Counted from the stretch's first letter, positions 26,492 to 41,429 are shown. The stretch: DNA of 64,000 nt from Octopus vulgaris (GCA_951406725.2 OX597830.1:20336001-20400000); one strand, 5' to 3'. Notes: generated by a model from the sequence alone, not told the origin. Translations and numbers: made by a program.

Positions 26492-28140
26492 GGTGGTGGT
26501 GGTAGGGCCGATGATGACAGTGGTGATGATGCTTGTGGCAGTGGTGGTGATGGTGATGTTATTGGTTGTAGTGATTGTGATGGTGGTGGTGGTGGCGGTG
26601 GTGGAAGCGGCGGCGGCGGCAGCAGCGGCGATAGGTGGTAGTGGTGGTTGTGGTGGTGTGTGTGTTTATGTTGATGTTAGAGGGGAGTGGGTGGAGGTAG
26701 TTGCTAATTAGATTCGTCGCTTGATGAGCAATGTACACGGTTTGTTGTTCTTTACACTGGATGGCTTCACTGAGCACCTCCGACACAACCACCACCACCA
26801 CCACCACCGGCACCACTTCACCGCCATCTCCACCATCACCAACACCATCTCCGCCACCATCATCATCACCACCGCCATCATCACTACAATCAATACCATC
26901 GCCATCCCATCACCACCACCAACAACAACAGAAGCAATAAGTCCAATACCAGTACGAATGTCACCTCCAACACCACCACCGCCATCACCAACCCCACCAT
27001 CAATACCACCATCAGCACTACTACCAGCACCAACGCTACCAGCACTACTACCGCCACCACCACCATCACCACCACTAACAACAATAGCACCAGTACCAGC
27101 ATGGATGTCACCACCAACACCAGCACCACAACACTACGCCACCGCCATCAACATCTTCAGCACCACCACCCAAACAGCAGCAACACATAACGACACGAGC
27201 TATACCACCACAGGTACTATAACCTACACACGAAGCACAACCAGAACATTTAAGCTATCGACACACCACCACCACCTCCACCACCATCAATATCTTCAAC
27301 TCTACCAATACCACCACGACGACCAACATCACCACCATGACCACTATCATCACTACCCTTAGCAACTTTGCTAGTCACCCTAGTACTATCGCACCACTAC
27401 CAGCACCACAACCACTCCCTGTAACACCACAAATGCCAGAAACGCAACCAATACCAGTACTACAACCACTACCACCTCTACTACAACTACCACCACCACC
27501 ACAAACACCAGCACCACCACCACAAACACCAGCACCACCACCACAAACACCAGCACCACAAACAGCAGCACCACCACAAGCAGCACCACCACCACCAACA
27601 CCACCACCACCAGAAACAGTACCACCACCATCATCACAAACAACACCATCACCACCACAAGCAGCACCATCACCACAAGCAGCAGCACCACCCTCACAAA
27701 CACCACCACCACACACAGCAGCACCATCACCACAAGCAGCACCACCACACACAGCAGCACCATCACCACAAACAGCATCACCACCATGATAAACAACACC
27801 ACCACCACCACGAATACACATGTTACCGCTATTACCACTATCACCACTATCACTGCCCCTCACACTATCACCACCATCCTCACCACTATCACCACTACCA
27901 TCCACACCCCGACCGCTGCCATCATCATCACTCACCATCATTACTAACACTACCGCCGTCACCATCATCATTATTAATCCCCCACCTTCCCCTTCTGTCA
28001 ACCATGCTTTCACCGTCACCATTGTCACCACCACAGACGGCATCATCACTATTATCATTGTCAACACCACCACCACCACCACCACCACAATCATCGAATC
28101 ATTGTGGTCAATGCAACCGTTGATGATGATGATGATGATA
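25680..28140. repeat. Large triplet-repeat mosaic (CAT/GAT/GAC/GGT/CAC) with higher-order 18-21-bp units at 27490-27790
   Basis: Direct inspection. Confidence 0.92.
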
Positions 28141-28223
28141 GAGCTCTTAATGATATTCTTGATGAAAAGAGTTTGATATAATGTAAAACAAATACACGCG
28201 CGACAATATATATATATATATAT

Positions 28224-28434
28224 TCTTTTACTTGTTTCAGTCATTTGACTGCGGCCATGCTGGAGCACCGCCTTTAATCGAGCAACTCGACCCCGGGACT
28301 TATTCCTTTTGTAAGCCCAGTACTTATTCTATCGGTCTCTTTTGCCGAACCGCTAAGTAACGGGGACATAAACACACCAGCATCGGTTGTTAAGCAATGC
28401 TAGGAGGACAAACATAGACACAAACACACACACG

Positions 28435-28489
<55 letters not shown>

Positions 28490-28658
28490 TATATACGACG
28501 GGCTTCTTTCAGTTTCCGTCTACCAAATCCACTCCCAAGGGTTTGGTCGGCCGAGGCTATGGTAGAAGACACTTGCCCAAGGTGCCACGCAGTGGGACTG
28601 AACCCGGAACCATGTGGTTGGTAAACAAGCTACCTACCACACAGCCACTCCTGCGCCT
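28224..28658 (-). mobile_element. SINE family B, full length
   Basis: Head ggcgcaggagtggctgtgtggta through tail gcagtcaaatgactgaaacaagtaaaaga; internal (TA)n. Confidence 0.93.
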
Positions 28659-28966
28659 ATATATATATACTTATATATAAAGTGGTTGGAAGCAAAGGTT
28701 GGTATAAAAATGAGAATAGAACACATTCAGAAAACGGCATCACATGGCAGTGCAAGGAGTCTGTGTACAGTCATTGGACTGTGGCCATGCTGGGGTACTG
28801 ACTTGAAAGGTTTTCGTTGAACATATCGATCTCCAATACTTAATTCTTATAGTCTGGTACTTATTCCATCTGTCACTTTTATTACCGAACCGCTAATTTA
28901 CGTAGACGCAAAGAACACCCGTTGTTAAGAGGGGTTGGTAGGGACAAATACAGACATAATAGTACG

Positions 28967-29007
<41 letters not shown>

Positions 29008-29169
29008 ATACACACATATGTATATGTACTATGGGCTTCCAAACAGTCTCCGTTCACCAAATTCACTCACAAGGCATTAGTCGGCCCGGGACAACAGTTG
29101 AAGTTACCACACAATGGTACTGAACTCAAGATTTCTAACCACACAGCAATGCCTACGTTTATATGGCAT

Positions 29170-29480
29170 TTTAATTTAGTCAGGATGAAGAGGATGAAGA
29201 GGATGAAGAGCAAGTTGTGTCCAAAGCTTTGGTAGGCCTCTGAGACTGGTGAGACCATTAATGTTCCGTTTAGCATGTTGCGACTTGACACCTTCAAGGA
29301 AGTCATTTGCTTTGCAAGGGGCTGGAGGATTTCCAGAGAGACGACATTGAGGACAAGAAGGTCTGTGCTTTATGGTTAACACTAGGTCTGAGAAGATGGA
29401 TACAATGTGGATGATGAGAAGAGAGCGAGATACCAGTGAGTTGAGAGAGCTTGAGTAGACAAGAAAAGGATCAACCAAAT
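29170..29480 (-). mobile_element. Possible CR1-group LINE 3' fragment
   Basis: Minus-strand pieces TFLSSMSSLWKS and KRNIN resemble the SFFPRT..LWN.LP...FKRNIN end of CR1/L2-type ORF2; very degenerate. Confidence 0.35.
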
Positions 29481-29499
29481 TTGAGGAGCAGTGGTCATT

Positions 29500-29888
29500 A
29501 TAATATCGGTTTCAAATTTCGACACAAGGTCAACAATTTCGGGTGACGGGCTAGATTGATTATATCGACCCCAGTGTTCAACTGGTAAGGAATTTGAACT
29601 CAGAGCGTAAAGATGGATTAAATGCCACAAAGCATTATGCCCGGCGTGCTAACGATTCTTATTTCCTTATTGCCCACAAGGGGCTAAACGCAGTTGGGAC
29701 AAACAAGGACAGACAAATGAATTAAGTCGATTACATCGACCCCAGTGAGTAAGTGGTACTTAATTTATCGACCCCGAAAGGATGAAAGGCAAAGTCGACC
29801 TCGGCGGAATTTGAACTCAGTACGTAACAGCAGACGAAATGCCGCTAAGCATTATGTCCGGCGTGCTAACGATTCTGCCAGCTCGCCA
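29500..29888 (-). mobile_element. Two adjacent SINE family A copies
   Basis: Core and head motifs as in the other copies. Confidence 0.85.
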
Positions 29889-30189
29889 CTGATCATTATA
29901 ATATCGACAGAGAAGATAGACAGATGAGACAATAAAAGTATGGAGCATAGGTTGGTGTGTATCTGTGAAGGACTTTATGCCAAATGCTCTGCGATTACTT
30001 CGACACCTGACGTGTGGTACGCCGTGCACCTGTTCAGGTAACGTCGATTTGATGGAGGAGATGAGCTCGTGTAGAGCACAAACATTTGACCACTATTAAC
30101 AAACAGGTTGTTCGACAAAAAATTACAGAACCGTCTTTCTCGAACTACGAGAAGCTACCATCATCACCATTAGTAACAGAATATATATT

Positions 30190-30481
30190 GTTTGTTCCTT
30201 CTCGAGCCATACCTGGCTCATAAGGGCCGGTTTCCTTGGCGTATAGGTTCCCTACCTGGACGGGACGCCGGTCCGTCGCAGGTGAGCTGCAAGATGCAGG
30301 AGGAAAGGGTGAGAGAAAGTTGTGGCGAAGGACTCAGCAGAAGTTCGCCATTACCTTCTGCCGGAGCCGCGTGGAACTTAGGTGTTTCGCTCATAAACAC
30401 ACACATCGCCCGGTCTGAGATTCGAACCTGCGATCCCTCGACCGCAAGTCCGCTGCTCTAACCACTAGGCCATATGCCTCC
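30190..30481 (-). mobile_element. tRNA-derived SINE (family C-SINE)
   Basis: Minus head ggaggcatatggcctagtggttagagcagcggac...ggttcgaatctcagaccgggcg (A and B boxes). Confidence 0.9.
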
Positions 30482-30513
30482 ACAACAGAATATATGGGAA
30501 ACGCCTTTTCTTT

Positions 30514-31533
30514 TATGCATGTTTCATTAAATACACAACTATGGTGGGGCTTTATCTTGTTTATTTTACATTTTCCATATTTTTTTACAGGCATTTTACA
30601 TATCGTTTCGGACAGTTGAGTTCCCAAACCCATATACGACGTTGCTAGAACATCATAGTCTCATTATCAGGAATCGATTCGAATATATTTGGGGTTTCTT
30701 ATATACTAATAGGAGGCGCAATGGCGTAGTGGTTAGGGCAACGGACTCGAGGTCGGAGGATCGCGGTTTCAATTCTCAGACCGGGCGTTGTGTGTGTTTA
30801 TTGAGCGAAAACACCTAAAGCTCCATGAGGCTCTGGCAGGGGGTGGGGTGGCGACCCCTGTTGTACTCTTTCACCCCAACTTTCTTTCACTCTTTCTTCC
30901 TGTTTCTTGAGTAACGCTGCGATGGACTGGCTTCCCGTCCAGCTGGGGGGGGGGGAATACATACGCCACAGAAACCGGGAAACCGGGCCCATGAGCCTGG
31001 TTAGGCTTGAAAAGGGCGCATAAATAAATAAATATACTAATAAGAATATTCTTATATATACATTCCTATAAAATTCCACACAAAAATAAAAGACTAATAA
31101 TGGAAACTATATAAATGTTGCAGCACCATGCCAAAATTAACACGCAAGCACATAAATCCAAAAATTTGCACTCGTGGTTACTGAAATAAAAAAAATAGCA
31201 AGAACCTTGTGGCCAGAATTTGACCACGACAAACAAACCAACACGTGACTGCTGAGGCAAAATGCTAACGGAAAAATAAAAACAACATTAGGCGGGAAAC
31301 ACTACACGAATTCAATCAGTATATAGGAGTCAATACAAACACGGAACATCTTCATTTCATTTTTTTTTTTTTTTTTTGATAATGAGTCTGTGAAGATCTA
31401 AACATGTTGGATATTGATTCAGGAACACCACTGTTCCAAATCAACTGTAAAAAGCTAATAAGAAAACATGTAAAATATAAAGCTAAAAAGATAAAACTTG
31501 AACATAGTCGTGTATTTAATGAAACATGTATAG
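30514..31533. mobile_element. Old MITE-like inverted repeat pair enclosing a SINE
   Basis: atgtttcattaaatacacaactatg (30519) vs catagtcgtgtatttaatgaaacat (31503). Confidence 0.55.
30712..31025 (+). mobile_element. tRNA-derived SINE (family C-SINE) with V-domain-like tail
   Basis: Head ggaggcgcaatggcgtagtggttagggc; tail ctgcgatggactggcttcccgtccag. Confidence 0.9.
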
Positions 31534-32782
31534 TTAACAGTTTAAATGCATGCAGTAGTGTGGAATTATTAACTGCCGGAAGCTGTTAATTATTCACACA
31601 ATATAGTGTTGTAGTGTCATTATCATTAACATCAGGTCAAATCTGATGATTAAAGACCATGGACAAACAACCATCACCAATACCTATTATTTCTGGTCAT
31701 AGACTCCTACTCTCGGTGTACTTTGGTATTTGAGGCAAACTCATGCCCGTGTGTATACGTTAAGTATGATATATACGTACCTATATTTTTATTTAATGCT
31801 GTTTCAGTTGCATGCACCAAATTTTTATACAACTCGGTGGCTTTACGTAACATCAGTGAATGAATTATTTACTGTTTCCCTAAAATCAGAGAAAAAAAGA
31901 TTTCGTCTGGGAATGTGAGTAGCGAGTAAACGTCATAGACAAGGTTCAAGGAAGCCGAAACGCTTCTGATGTTCTCGTGGGGGTCATTACTGGAGCCATG
32001 CTCGTCTTTCTCCTGCTTTCAGTCTATTTTGGTATTGTATACAAACTTCAATTCTGATCATTGGTTGGCAGGAAGCGTAGCAAGTGCCAAAGAGACGCGT
32101 GTGTTAGTCACATAGAGCAGTGTACAGCAGCATTAGAGTAAAGAAATGAAGCATATTGCTGTTATTGCCGGTGTTGTTATATAACCCCAGGTCAGTCAGG
32201 ATCCACTAGTCCTGCAACAAGCAGAATGTGAGCCAAACGACGATCCTCAGATCCTGCTATTGCTATTTAAGGTTAGATCAGGTTTGAACCAGCTGTCCCG
32301 CGACAGGCAGACAGTCAGCCAAACGACGATTCTGAAATATGTTGTTTAGCGTCAGATCAGCTTCGATCGAACAATGGCCAATGGTCAAAGATATTCCATC
32401 CTGACCTTACCATTTTTTTCTTCACTCAGACACTGCTTACCTTGGACTACAGAACACAGTGTTTGCTCTTTGAAAAAGGAAGAAAATAAAACAAACAAAG
32501 CAAAACAAAAAAAAACAGAAATGTGTGATGAAATGAAGATGTAACTGCTATTTCTAGCGTATAAAACGTGCGACTTCGCCAGTCAAACTTCCATCCGTTG
32601 ACTGTTGACCAAGCAATGACCAGCTCTCCAGCGTTTTTTTTTTTTTTTTCTGATTTATTACATTCAGGATGATTGTGTCGTGAATTTTCATCCATTTTTT
32701 TGATGTTAGGGTAAAATTAGAAAGTGGTTTGGCTTCTAATTTTAGCATGTCAACCAAAGGGGTAGAGGTTGACAGCTCCAGA

Positions 32783-33185
32783 TACTCTTTACTCTTTACT
32801 CTTTTACTTGTTTCAGTCACTTGACTGCGGCCATGCTGGAGCACCGCCTTTAGTCGAGCAAATCAACCCCAGGACATATTCTTTGTAAGCCTAGTACTTA
32901 TTCTATCGGTCTCTTTTGCCGAACTGCTAATGTTACAGGGACGTAAACACACCACCGTCGGTTGTCAAGCGAAGTTGGGGGGGACAAACACAGAAGCAAA
33001 CATATACACACATATACATAAATACATATATACGACGGGCTTCTTTCAGTTTCCGTCTACAAAATCCACTCACGAGGCTTTGGTCGGCCCGAGGCTATAG
33101 TAGAAGACACTTGCCCAAGGTACCACGCAATGGGACTGAACCCGGAACCATGTGGCTGGTAAGCAAGCTACTTACCAGACAGCTA
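32783..33185 (-). mobile_element. SINE family B, full length, inside an older ~190-bp tandem duplication
   Basis: B consensus; 32650-32782 plus 33188-33230 is repeated at 33240-33432. Confidence 0.9.
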
Positions 33186-33585
33186 CGTGTTTATAAAAGT
33201 CAGCTGTAGTGGAATGGAGTACTTCATTCAATGTTCTTTTCTGATTTATTACATTCAAGATGGCTGCATCTAGTAGTTTCATCCATTTTTCTCTTTTTTA
33301 AAACGATAGGGTATAATTTGAAAGAGGCTCGGCTGCTAATTTTAGGATGTCGACCAAAGGTTTCTTTGATGGCTCCAGAAGTATGGAGTGGCTGTAAAAG
33401 TCTGCTGTAGTGGCATGGAGTGCTTCCACTGAGTTCAAACTTTAAATGTATATTTAGACATCATAGAATGTTTGATATTGTTGTTGTTGTTGTAGTTTAA
33501 GGTTTACGAAAGTCAGATGGTTCACAAAGAGTTATCGCTTTTGTTGTTCTTCATTACATATTAATTTGTCTGTCACATTCACTTC

Positions 33586-33651
<66 letters not shown>

Positions 33652-33895
33652 GTCTGTCTCTCTGCCTGTCTCTCTGTCTATATATCTATTTATCTATCTA
33701 TCTATTTGTCTGTCTGTGTCTGTCTGACAGCTAATCAAACTTTCTTCCATACTCCCTCTTTATATGTATGTGTGTGCAAGTGTGCGTACGTCTGTCTGTA
33801 TATCTGTATGTATGCGTATATGTATGCATGAGTAAGTATATAAGTGTGTGCTTGTTTACATACAGAAACACACACATACACATGCATATATGCAT

Positions 33896-33926
<31 letters not shown>

Positions 33927-34018
33927 CGTACGCCTGTCTGTGTGTATGTGTTTATAGAGATATAGATACACATATATCTGTATATCTATCAATCATTACA
34001 TGTATGATTGCTTATCTG

Positions 34019-34053
<35 letters not shown>

Positions 34054-34087
34054 ATCTCTCTATCTCTCTCTCTCTCTCTCTCTCTAC

Positions 34088-34118
<31 letters not shown>

Positions 34119-34393
34119 GCTAGCTAGCTACCTACCTACCTACCTACCTACCTACATACATACATACATACATACATACATACATACATACATACATACA
34201 TACATACCTACCTACCTACTTACCTACCTACCTACCTACCTACCTACCTACTTACCTATCTATCTATCAATCTATTTATCTCCCTCTATAGTTCCCTCTC
34301 TCTTTCACCCTCTCTCTTTCACCCCCTCTCTCTCTCTCTCTCTGCCTTGCAATATATCCCTCCCTCTCAATTTCTCTCTCTCTCTCTCTTGAT

Positions 34394-34455
<62 letters not shown>

Positions 34456-34880
34456 ACACAGACACGACTACCAGCGCGTGTATCTGTCTATATTTCTATC
34501 TCTGTACCTTAGAAGATGTCTCACTTACAACAGACCAAAATGTATCTGTGTATGTCTTTCTCTGTTCCTCCGCTTATTTCTCTGCGTGCACGCGCGTGCG
34601 AGTGTGTATATACGTCTGCGAGTGTGCATGTGACCGTTCTTTCGTGAGAATTTGCAAGTGTATCTTTGAAACCCCGACCCGACCCGTTAGACGTGGGATG
34701 CGGCAGTTTGATGTCTAGTGTAGTGAAGGGGGACGGAGCAAATGAAGTGGAACGGCAGACAAAAGGACGGTCGGAGGGAGGAGGTAGAGAAAAGCTAACA
34801 GCAGAGCAACGATCAAATCCAACTGGAACAGAACGAAATGTCTTAAAGCAAACATCTAACACACATTGACAACCACAACA

Positions 34881-34933
<53 letters not shown>

Positions 34934-35335
34934 ACATACACACACGTACACAGACACATACATGGAAACACAAACAACTTACACATACGTACATACATGT
35001 ATTTAAGTATAATTACGTACATATATTTGTGTATGCATGTATGTGTATTCACACACACACACATATATATAGATAGATATATACATGCATACATACATAC
35101 ATACATACATGCATACATACATATATATATATATATATAGAAATATATTTATATGTATATACATATATGTATGTATATATATATATATACATATATACAC
35201 GCACACACAAATATGTATGCATATACATATATTCATACATACACATATACAATTACACACAAATGTATATAAACCAGTGGAAACCATATACACAAATGTA
35301 GGTACGCACTCCTCTATACCCTAGGAAACACATAA

Positions 35336-35390
<55 letters not shown>

Positions 35391-35435
35391 TATATATATA
35401 CATATATATATACATGTATATATATACATATATGT

Positions 35436-35476
<41 letters not shown>

Positions 35477-35523
35477 TATATATATATACATATATATATA
35501 CATGTATATATATACATATATGT

Positions 35524-35563
<40 letters not shown>

Positions 35564-35742
35564 GTATGTATGTATACACACATACATATACACACAGGTA
35601 TGCACACAAACACACACTTATAAACATGCATATATATATATATATATAATCATATTCTACCATAACCACTATCACCACCACATCCAGCAGCACCATCCTC
35701 ATAAACATGACCACCACCAGCAAATCATCAACACTACTACTG

Positions 35743-35794
<52 letters not shown>

Positions 35795-35927
35795 GACTAC
35801 TACTACGACTACCACTACCACTATCACTTGCATCATCATCACCAACACTCCATAGGGAAAAGAAGCTGTCCTGCCAAAATAAAAAGCTAACCATAAAAGG
35901 AAGGAGAAATTGGATAAATGATAAGGT

Positions 35928-35978
<51 letters not shown>

Positions 35979-36063
35979 ATATATATAACAGGTGAAGGAG
36001 GCAGAGATAGAGAGAGAGAGATAGAGAAGTTGTATAAAGACAAGCGACAGAAAACAAATGAGA

Positions 36064-36102
<39 letters not shown>

Positions 36103-36114
36103 ACCTAGATATAC

Positions 36115-36147
<33 letters not shown>

Positions 36148-36380
36148 CAGGCAGATCGATAGATAGATAACTATACATAAACATACACATGTATACACAC
36201 ACATATATGTATGTGTGTAAGTATGTATCTATGTACGTATGTGTGTGCATGCATGCATGTATGTATTATCTATGTATGTATGTATGTATGTATGTATGTA
36301 TGTATGTATGTATGTATATATGTATGTATGTATGTACTTACGTATGAATGTATGCATCTATCTATCTATCCTTCTCTGTC

Positions 36381-36427
<47 letters not shown>

Positions 36428-36569
36428 CCTATGTGTGTATGTGTATGTGTTTGTGTGGGTGACAGGCGTGTATTATTTTGGAAGCCGAAAATGTCCAAGA
36501 CGCTCTCAGTGACTTCGGGATTCGTACACAATACATGCCTGGCCAAATAAATCCGCATACTCACAAACA

Positions 36570-36659
<90 letters not shown>

Positions 36660-37019
36660 AATATATATATATATACATGCATACATTGACAGAAGGTCGT
36701 AGTCGTGTTCCAACAAAACGACGACCATCGTCGGCAACAAGGAGAAGGATAAAAACAACAACAACAACAACAACACCAACAACAGCAACAACTTAACGGT
36801 GCTCCAGCATGGTCACAGCCGTCATAGTTGAAACCAAGCTGAAGAACTCCAGAAAATAACCAATAAATACTAACAGAGATTATTGGTTACACTTGAAATA
36901 GTTTTAATTTCACACTTGTACAATAATCTTATTAGTTGCCTTCTCTCGTTTCTTTCGTCCTGTTCGTTCTTTTGTTGTACTGTTTTTGTTGTTGCTCTCG
37001 TCGTTCTTATTGGTTATGA

Positions 37020-37672
37020 GGGCGGCGGTGGTGGTGGTGATGGTGGTGGTGGTGGTGGTGGTGGTGGTGGTGGTGGTGGTGGAGGTGGTGGTGGTGGTGG
37101 TGGTGGTGGTGGTGGAGGTGGTGGTGGTGGTGGTGGTGGTGGTGGTGGTGGTGGTGGTGGTGGTGGTGGTGGTGGTGGTGGTGGTAGGTGGAGGTGGTGG
37201 TGGTGGAAGTGGTGGTGGAGGTGGTGCTGGTGATGGTATTGGTGGTGCTGGTGATGGTATTGGTGGTGGTGGTGATGGTTGTGCTGGTGGTGGTGGTGGT
37301 GGTGGTGGTGGTGGTGATGGTGGTGGTGGTGGTGGTGGTAGTGGTGGTGGTGGTAGTGGTAGTGGTGGTGGTGGTGATGGTGGTGGTCTTGTTTACTGTC
37401 GCTGTTTCTGCTTTTTTTAATTTTTTATTTTTAGTTTTTGCTGTTTTTGTTTCGGTCACTTTTCTTCCTCAGCCTCACCCTTCACCTCCACGTTTTCCTC
37501 CTTCAGCTCCACTTCCGCTTCCTCCCTTTCCTCCTCCTCCTCCTCCTCCTCCTCCTCCATCTACTTCCTCTTCTCCTCCGCCTCCTGCATGATGATGACG
37601 ATGATGATCCTTCCTCATCTTCATCATAATCACCACCACCACCATCACCACATCACCACCACCAATTATCAC

Positions 37673-37707
<35 letters not shown>

Positions 37708-38200
37708 ACATCTTCCTCCTCCTCCTCCTTCTCATCATCATCATCATCATTCTCCATTTACTGCTCTTCGTGTGTGTCTGATACTTTTGTACCTGGCAAT
37801 CTTGTTGACGATGGTGATGGTGACGATCAAGCTGATCAGAACGACGACGACGATGATGATGATGATGATGATGCCAGTGGTAGTGGTGATGAGTTTGATA
37901 ATGATAATGAAGAGTAAGATGGCAGTAATGATGATGATGATGATGATGATGATGAAGATGATGATGATGATGATGACGATGATGATGACGATGATGATGA
38001 TGATGATGACGACGATGGATGATATGTTTTTTGCGTTGTTGATGAGGATGATGTTGCGAGGATATTGGGCAATGGTGTACACCATTGAAAGTTCGTGGGG
38101 GTGGTTGTGGCGGTGGTAATGATATTGGTGGTGTTAGCGATGGTAGTAGTAGTAGTAGTAGTAGTAGTTGTGGTGGTGGTGGTGGTGGTTTCGATAATGG
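37020..38200. repeat. (GGT)n/(CCT)n/(CAT)n/(GAT)n mosaic
   Basis: Direct inspection. Confidence 0.95.
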
Positions 38201-39219
38201 TTGATCGTTGTTGATGTTTGTGCTGGTGGTGTTGCTTTTGCTGTCGGCGTTGACGACGGTTATGGGGGGAGGGGGATAATGTTGATGGTAATGGTAGTTT
38301 TAATGGTTGTGAAGACGCTGACGGTAAATGTCGGTGAAAGTGGAAGTAGTGGTGCCAGCGGTGGTGGTGGTGGTGGTGGTGGTGATATTAACGGTGATAC
38401 AAATGTAAAAATGGCGGTAAGTTATTCAGTGAAAAGAAGACGCAGCCATTTTCACACTCCATCCTTTGCAATTGTCAAACGTTTATTCTTGATCTGCTAA
38501 GGAGAACCGATGCCTTTTTTTTTTTTTTTTTTCATCTTTTCGACTTGAAAATTGCATCTTTTGTATCTTTTTGAGTAATATCTGTCTGTGTGTCTGTCAC
38601 AGTTTGTTTGTCAATCTGTTTCTCTCTCTCTTTCTTTCTTTCTTTCTTTATTTGTTTTCTATCATTTCATTGTCTGATTTGTTTTACTGTTCAATGCCTT
38701 GCTATTTCTTTCCTTGATCTTTCGGTATTATACAGTGTTCTTATTGTTCCTAATATAGGTGGTGATGGTGGTAGGGTGTTTTTGTTGATATTGTTGCTAA
38801 TGTCGGTGTGTTGTTGTTGTTGTTGTTGTTGTTGTTAGTGGTGGTGTTATTGTTACTCGTTGATGCCGTAGCTTTGTGAGTGCCTTTTATTGGTATTGTT
38901 TTTGTTGTTGTTCTTGTGTTCGCTAGTATTATTGTCGCTGTTGTTGTTAGCGTTTCTTGTTTGTTGTCAGATCTGTTTTTGGATGTGGCTGTTGTTGTTG
39001 TTTATATGATGGTGGTCTGGTAGTGTAACGGTGTGGTGATGGTAGTGTTGTGGTGTTAATGTTGGTGTTGTTCTTGTTTTCGTTTCTCGGTGTGCGGTTT
39101 GTATAGAAATGTTTGTGGGTCTCTGTATAGTTGTTGTTGTTGTTGGCTTTGGGCGCGAAAAACTTTTCGACTGTAACGTCTTATGAATCCTTTTCTTTAG
39201 ATTGGAATTTTTCATCAGT

Positions 39220-39224
39220 ATCAC

Positions 39225-39273
<49 letters not shown>

Positions 39274-39845
39274 GTTGTCGTCGTCGTCGTCATCATCACA
39301 TCGTCGTGTTCATCTCATCGTCGTGATCACTATCATCATCATCATCATCATTTTCATCGTCATCATGATCACCAACCATCATCGTCATCGTCATCATCAT
39401 CATTAACATCGTCATGATCTTCATCACCGCCACACACCCACCACCAACAACACCACCATCAGCATGTGTGTGTGTGTAAGTGTGTGTGGTGGGCAAGCGG
39501 ATGGAGCGTCTTTGGTATTATTCTTGCTCCGCTAAGAGGAACGAGCTTTTGGTCATTGGTTTTCTCCAGCTTGTTGGCTTGCCCAATAACATCAACATCA
39601 ACAATAACAGCAACATAATAGTAACAGCAACATCCCCTGATTGATTGATTGATCAAACGACAGTGAAGACAGTCAAGACACAACCATTGAAAACCAATGG
39701 ACTGTGTAACTGTGCAGCAGCTCACTGACTTTTATTTGGAGTCAGTGGCAGCAGCAGCAGCAGCGGCAGCAACAGCAGCAGCAGCGTTATCATCATCATA
39801 ATTGTATTCGTCGATGTCTTCGTCGTCAATGTAGTCGTTGTCACG

Positions 39846-39907
<62 letters not shown>

Positions 39908-39951
39908 TATCATCATCATCATCATTATCATCGTCATCGTCATCATCATCG

Positions 39952-39986
<35 letters not shown>

Positions 39987-40425
39987 TTCATCATCATCAT
40001 CAGCATCATCATCATCATCGTCGTCATCATCATCTTGATCACCGTCATCATTCTCATCATCTCCCTCATCATTATTATCCTCATCATCATCACTATCGTC
40101 TTGATCACCATCATCATCACCCACATCACCATCATCGTCATCATCATTATCATCTTCATCATCTTGATCACATCATCCTCATCATCTTCATTGTCATTAT
40201 TATCTTCTTCCTCCTCCTCCTCATCATCATCATCCTCATCATCATCATCGTCATCATCTCGATCACCATCATCATCATCCTCATCATCATTATTATCTTC
40301 AACTTCCTCCTCCTCATCATCTTCATCATCCGCTTGATCACCATCATCATGATCTTCATCATCCTCATCATCATTATCCTCCTCATCCTCATCATCATCT
40401 TGATCACCATCGTCATCATCATCAA
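39220..40425. repeat. (CAT)n/(CGT)n mosaic
   Basis: Direct inspection; explains the poly-D/M/S ORFs. Confidence 0.95.
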
Positions 40426-40439
40426 GCCAGGAATTGGAG

Positions 40440-40620
40440 GAAAATGGGTTAAGCCGATCACGTGGACCTAAGTACATTACTGGTACTTTATTTTATCAAC
40501 ACTGAAAGAATGAAAAGCAATGTTAAGCTTGGCGGGATTTCAATTCAGAAAATACAAAATTCCGGAAGAAATGTGGCTACGCATTTAGTCCGGCGTGGTA
40601 ACGATTCTACCAGCTCGCCC
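40440..40620 (-). mobile_element. SINE family A, diverged
   Basis: Degenerate core actggtactttattttatcaacactgaaagaatgaaaagc and head. Confidence 0.75.
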
Positions 40621-41429
40621 TCATGGAGTGCTTATAACTAGAAAACAACCATTGATCGACAATCTGATTTCTTCGACCAGAGCCACCACCACAACCACCC
40701 CTACCACATCCACCCCCATCAACAACAACAACAACAACAATTTGATCATCGTCATCTTCCTTATCATGTGTTGTATAATTCCATAATGGATTAGCAGCCG
40801 ATTTGGGTAGAATCTCCACCTCCACCTCCATGTTATGTTACCTCTGTGCCCCAGCATGACCGCAGCTTTAAAGCTGAAACAGGTTAATTAGTTATTTCTG
40901 TTTGATGCTCTGGGTCCCGAGTTTTTTTTTTCTTTTTTTTTTTTTGCAACACATCTTTTGCAGGTCTTCCCTTCTGTAACCCCTGTCAAACTAAATACAC
41001 CTGAAAACACGTGACCTAGAAATAGACCTATACGGCGAAATTGCCGCTGGATAATGTTTCTATTGCAAACGAAAAAAAAAAAAATTAAAATAAAAAGCGA
41101 GGTACAACGACGAGATATTTTCTAAAAAGTAATAGTACAATAAAGACGAACTATTTGTCTCTTGCCCTAATGAAGCGATTCGAATCGGACTGAAAAGGTT
41201 CTTGTCTCCGTCAATTCAAAATATAGTTTTATCCAGCAGTTATCTTCCAGTTTGCATATAAGAGTTACCGCCCATGTCGGCATATAAGACGTGCATTTGC
41301 TTTATCTTCAGATGTATTCAAAAATTGTCCTGCGTTTAATGCAGCCGTGTGATGAATGGGAGACCAAGAGCTGTAGAATAGGGCGCCGGATACACATAAA
41401 TCCGCCTGGTCTAGTTAACTGTTACTAAT

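Noticed and set aside
27337-28268. Pro-rich (+) or Gly/Cys-rich (-) ORFs resembling extensin or keratin-associated proteins
   Set aside because: Built from CAC/CAG/CAA triplet mosaics continuous with flanking simple repeats; open in several frames; no splice or start context.
39509-39535. tctttggt resembling the miR-9 5' end
   Set aside because: The remainder does not match miR-9 and there is no star-arm hairpin.
39722-40477. Acidic poly-Asp/Glu ORF
   Set aside because: (CAT)n mosaic that begins inside a SINE; the frame switches between D, M and I runs.
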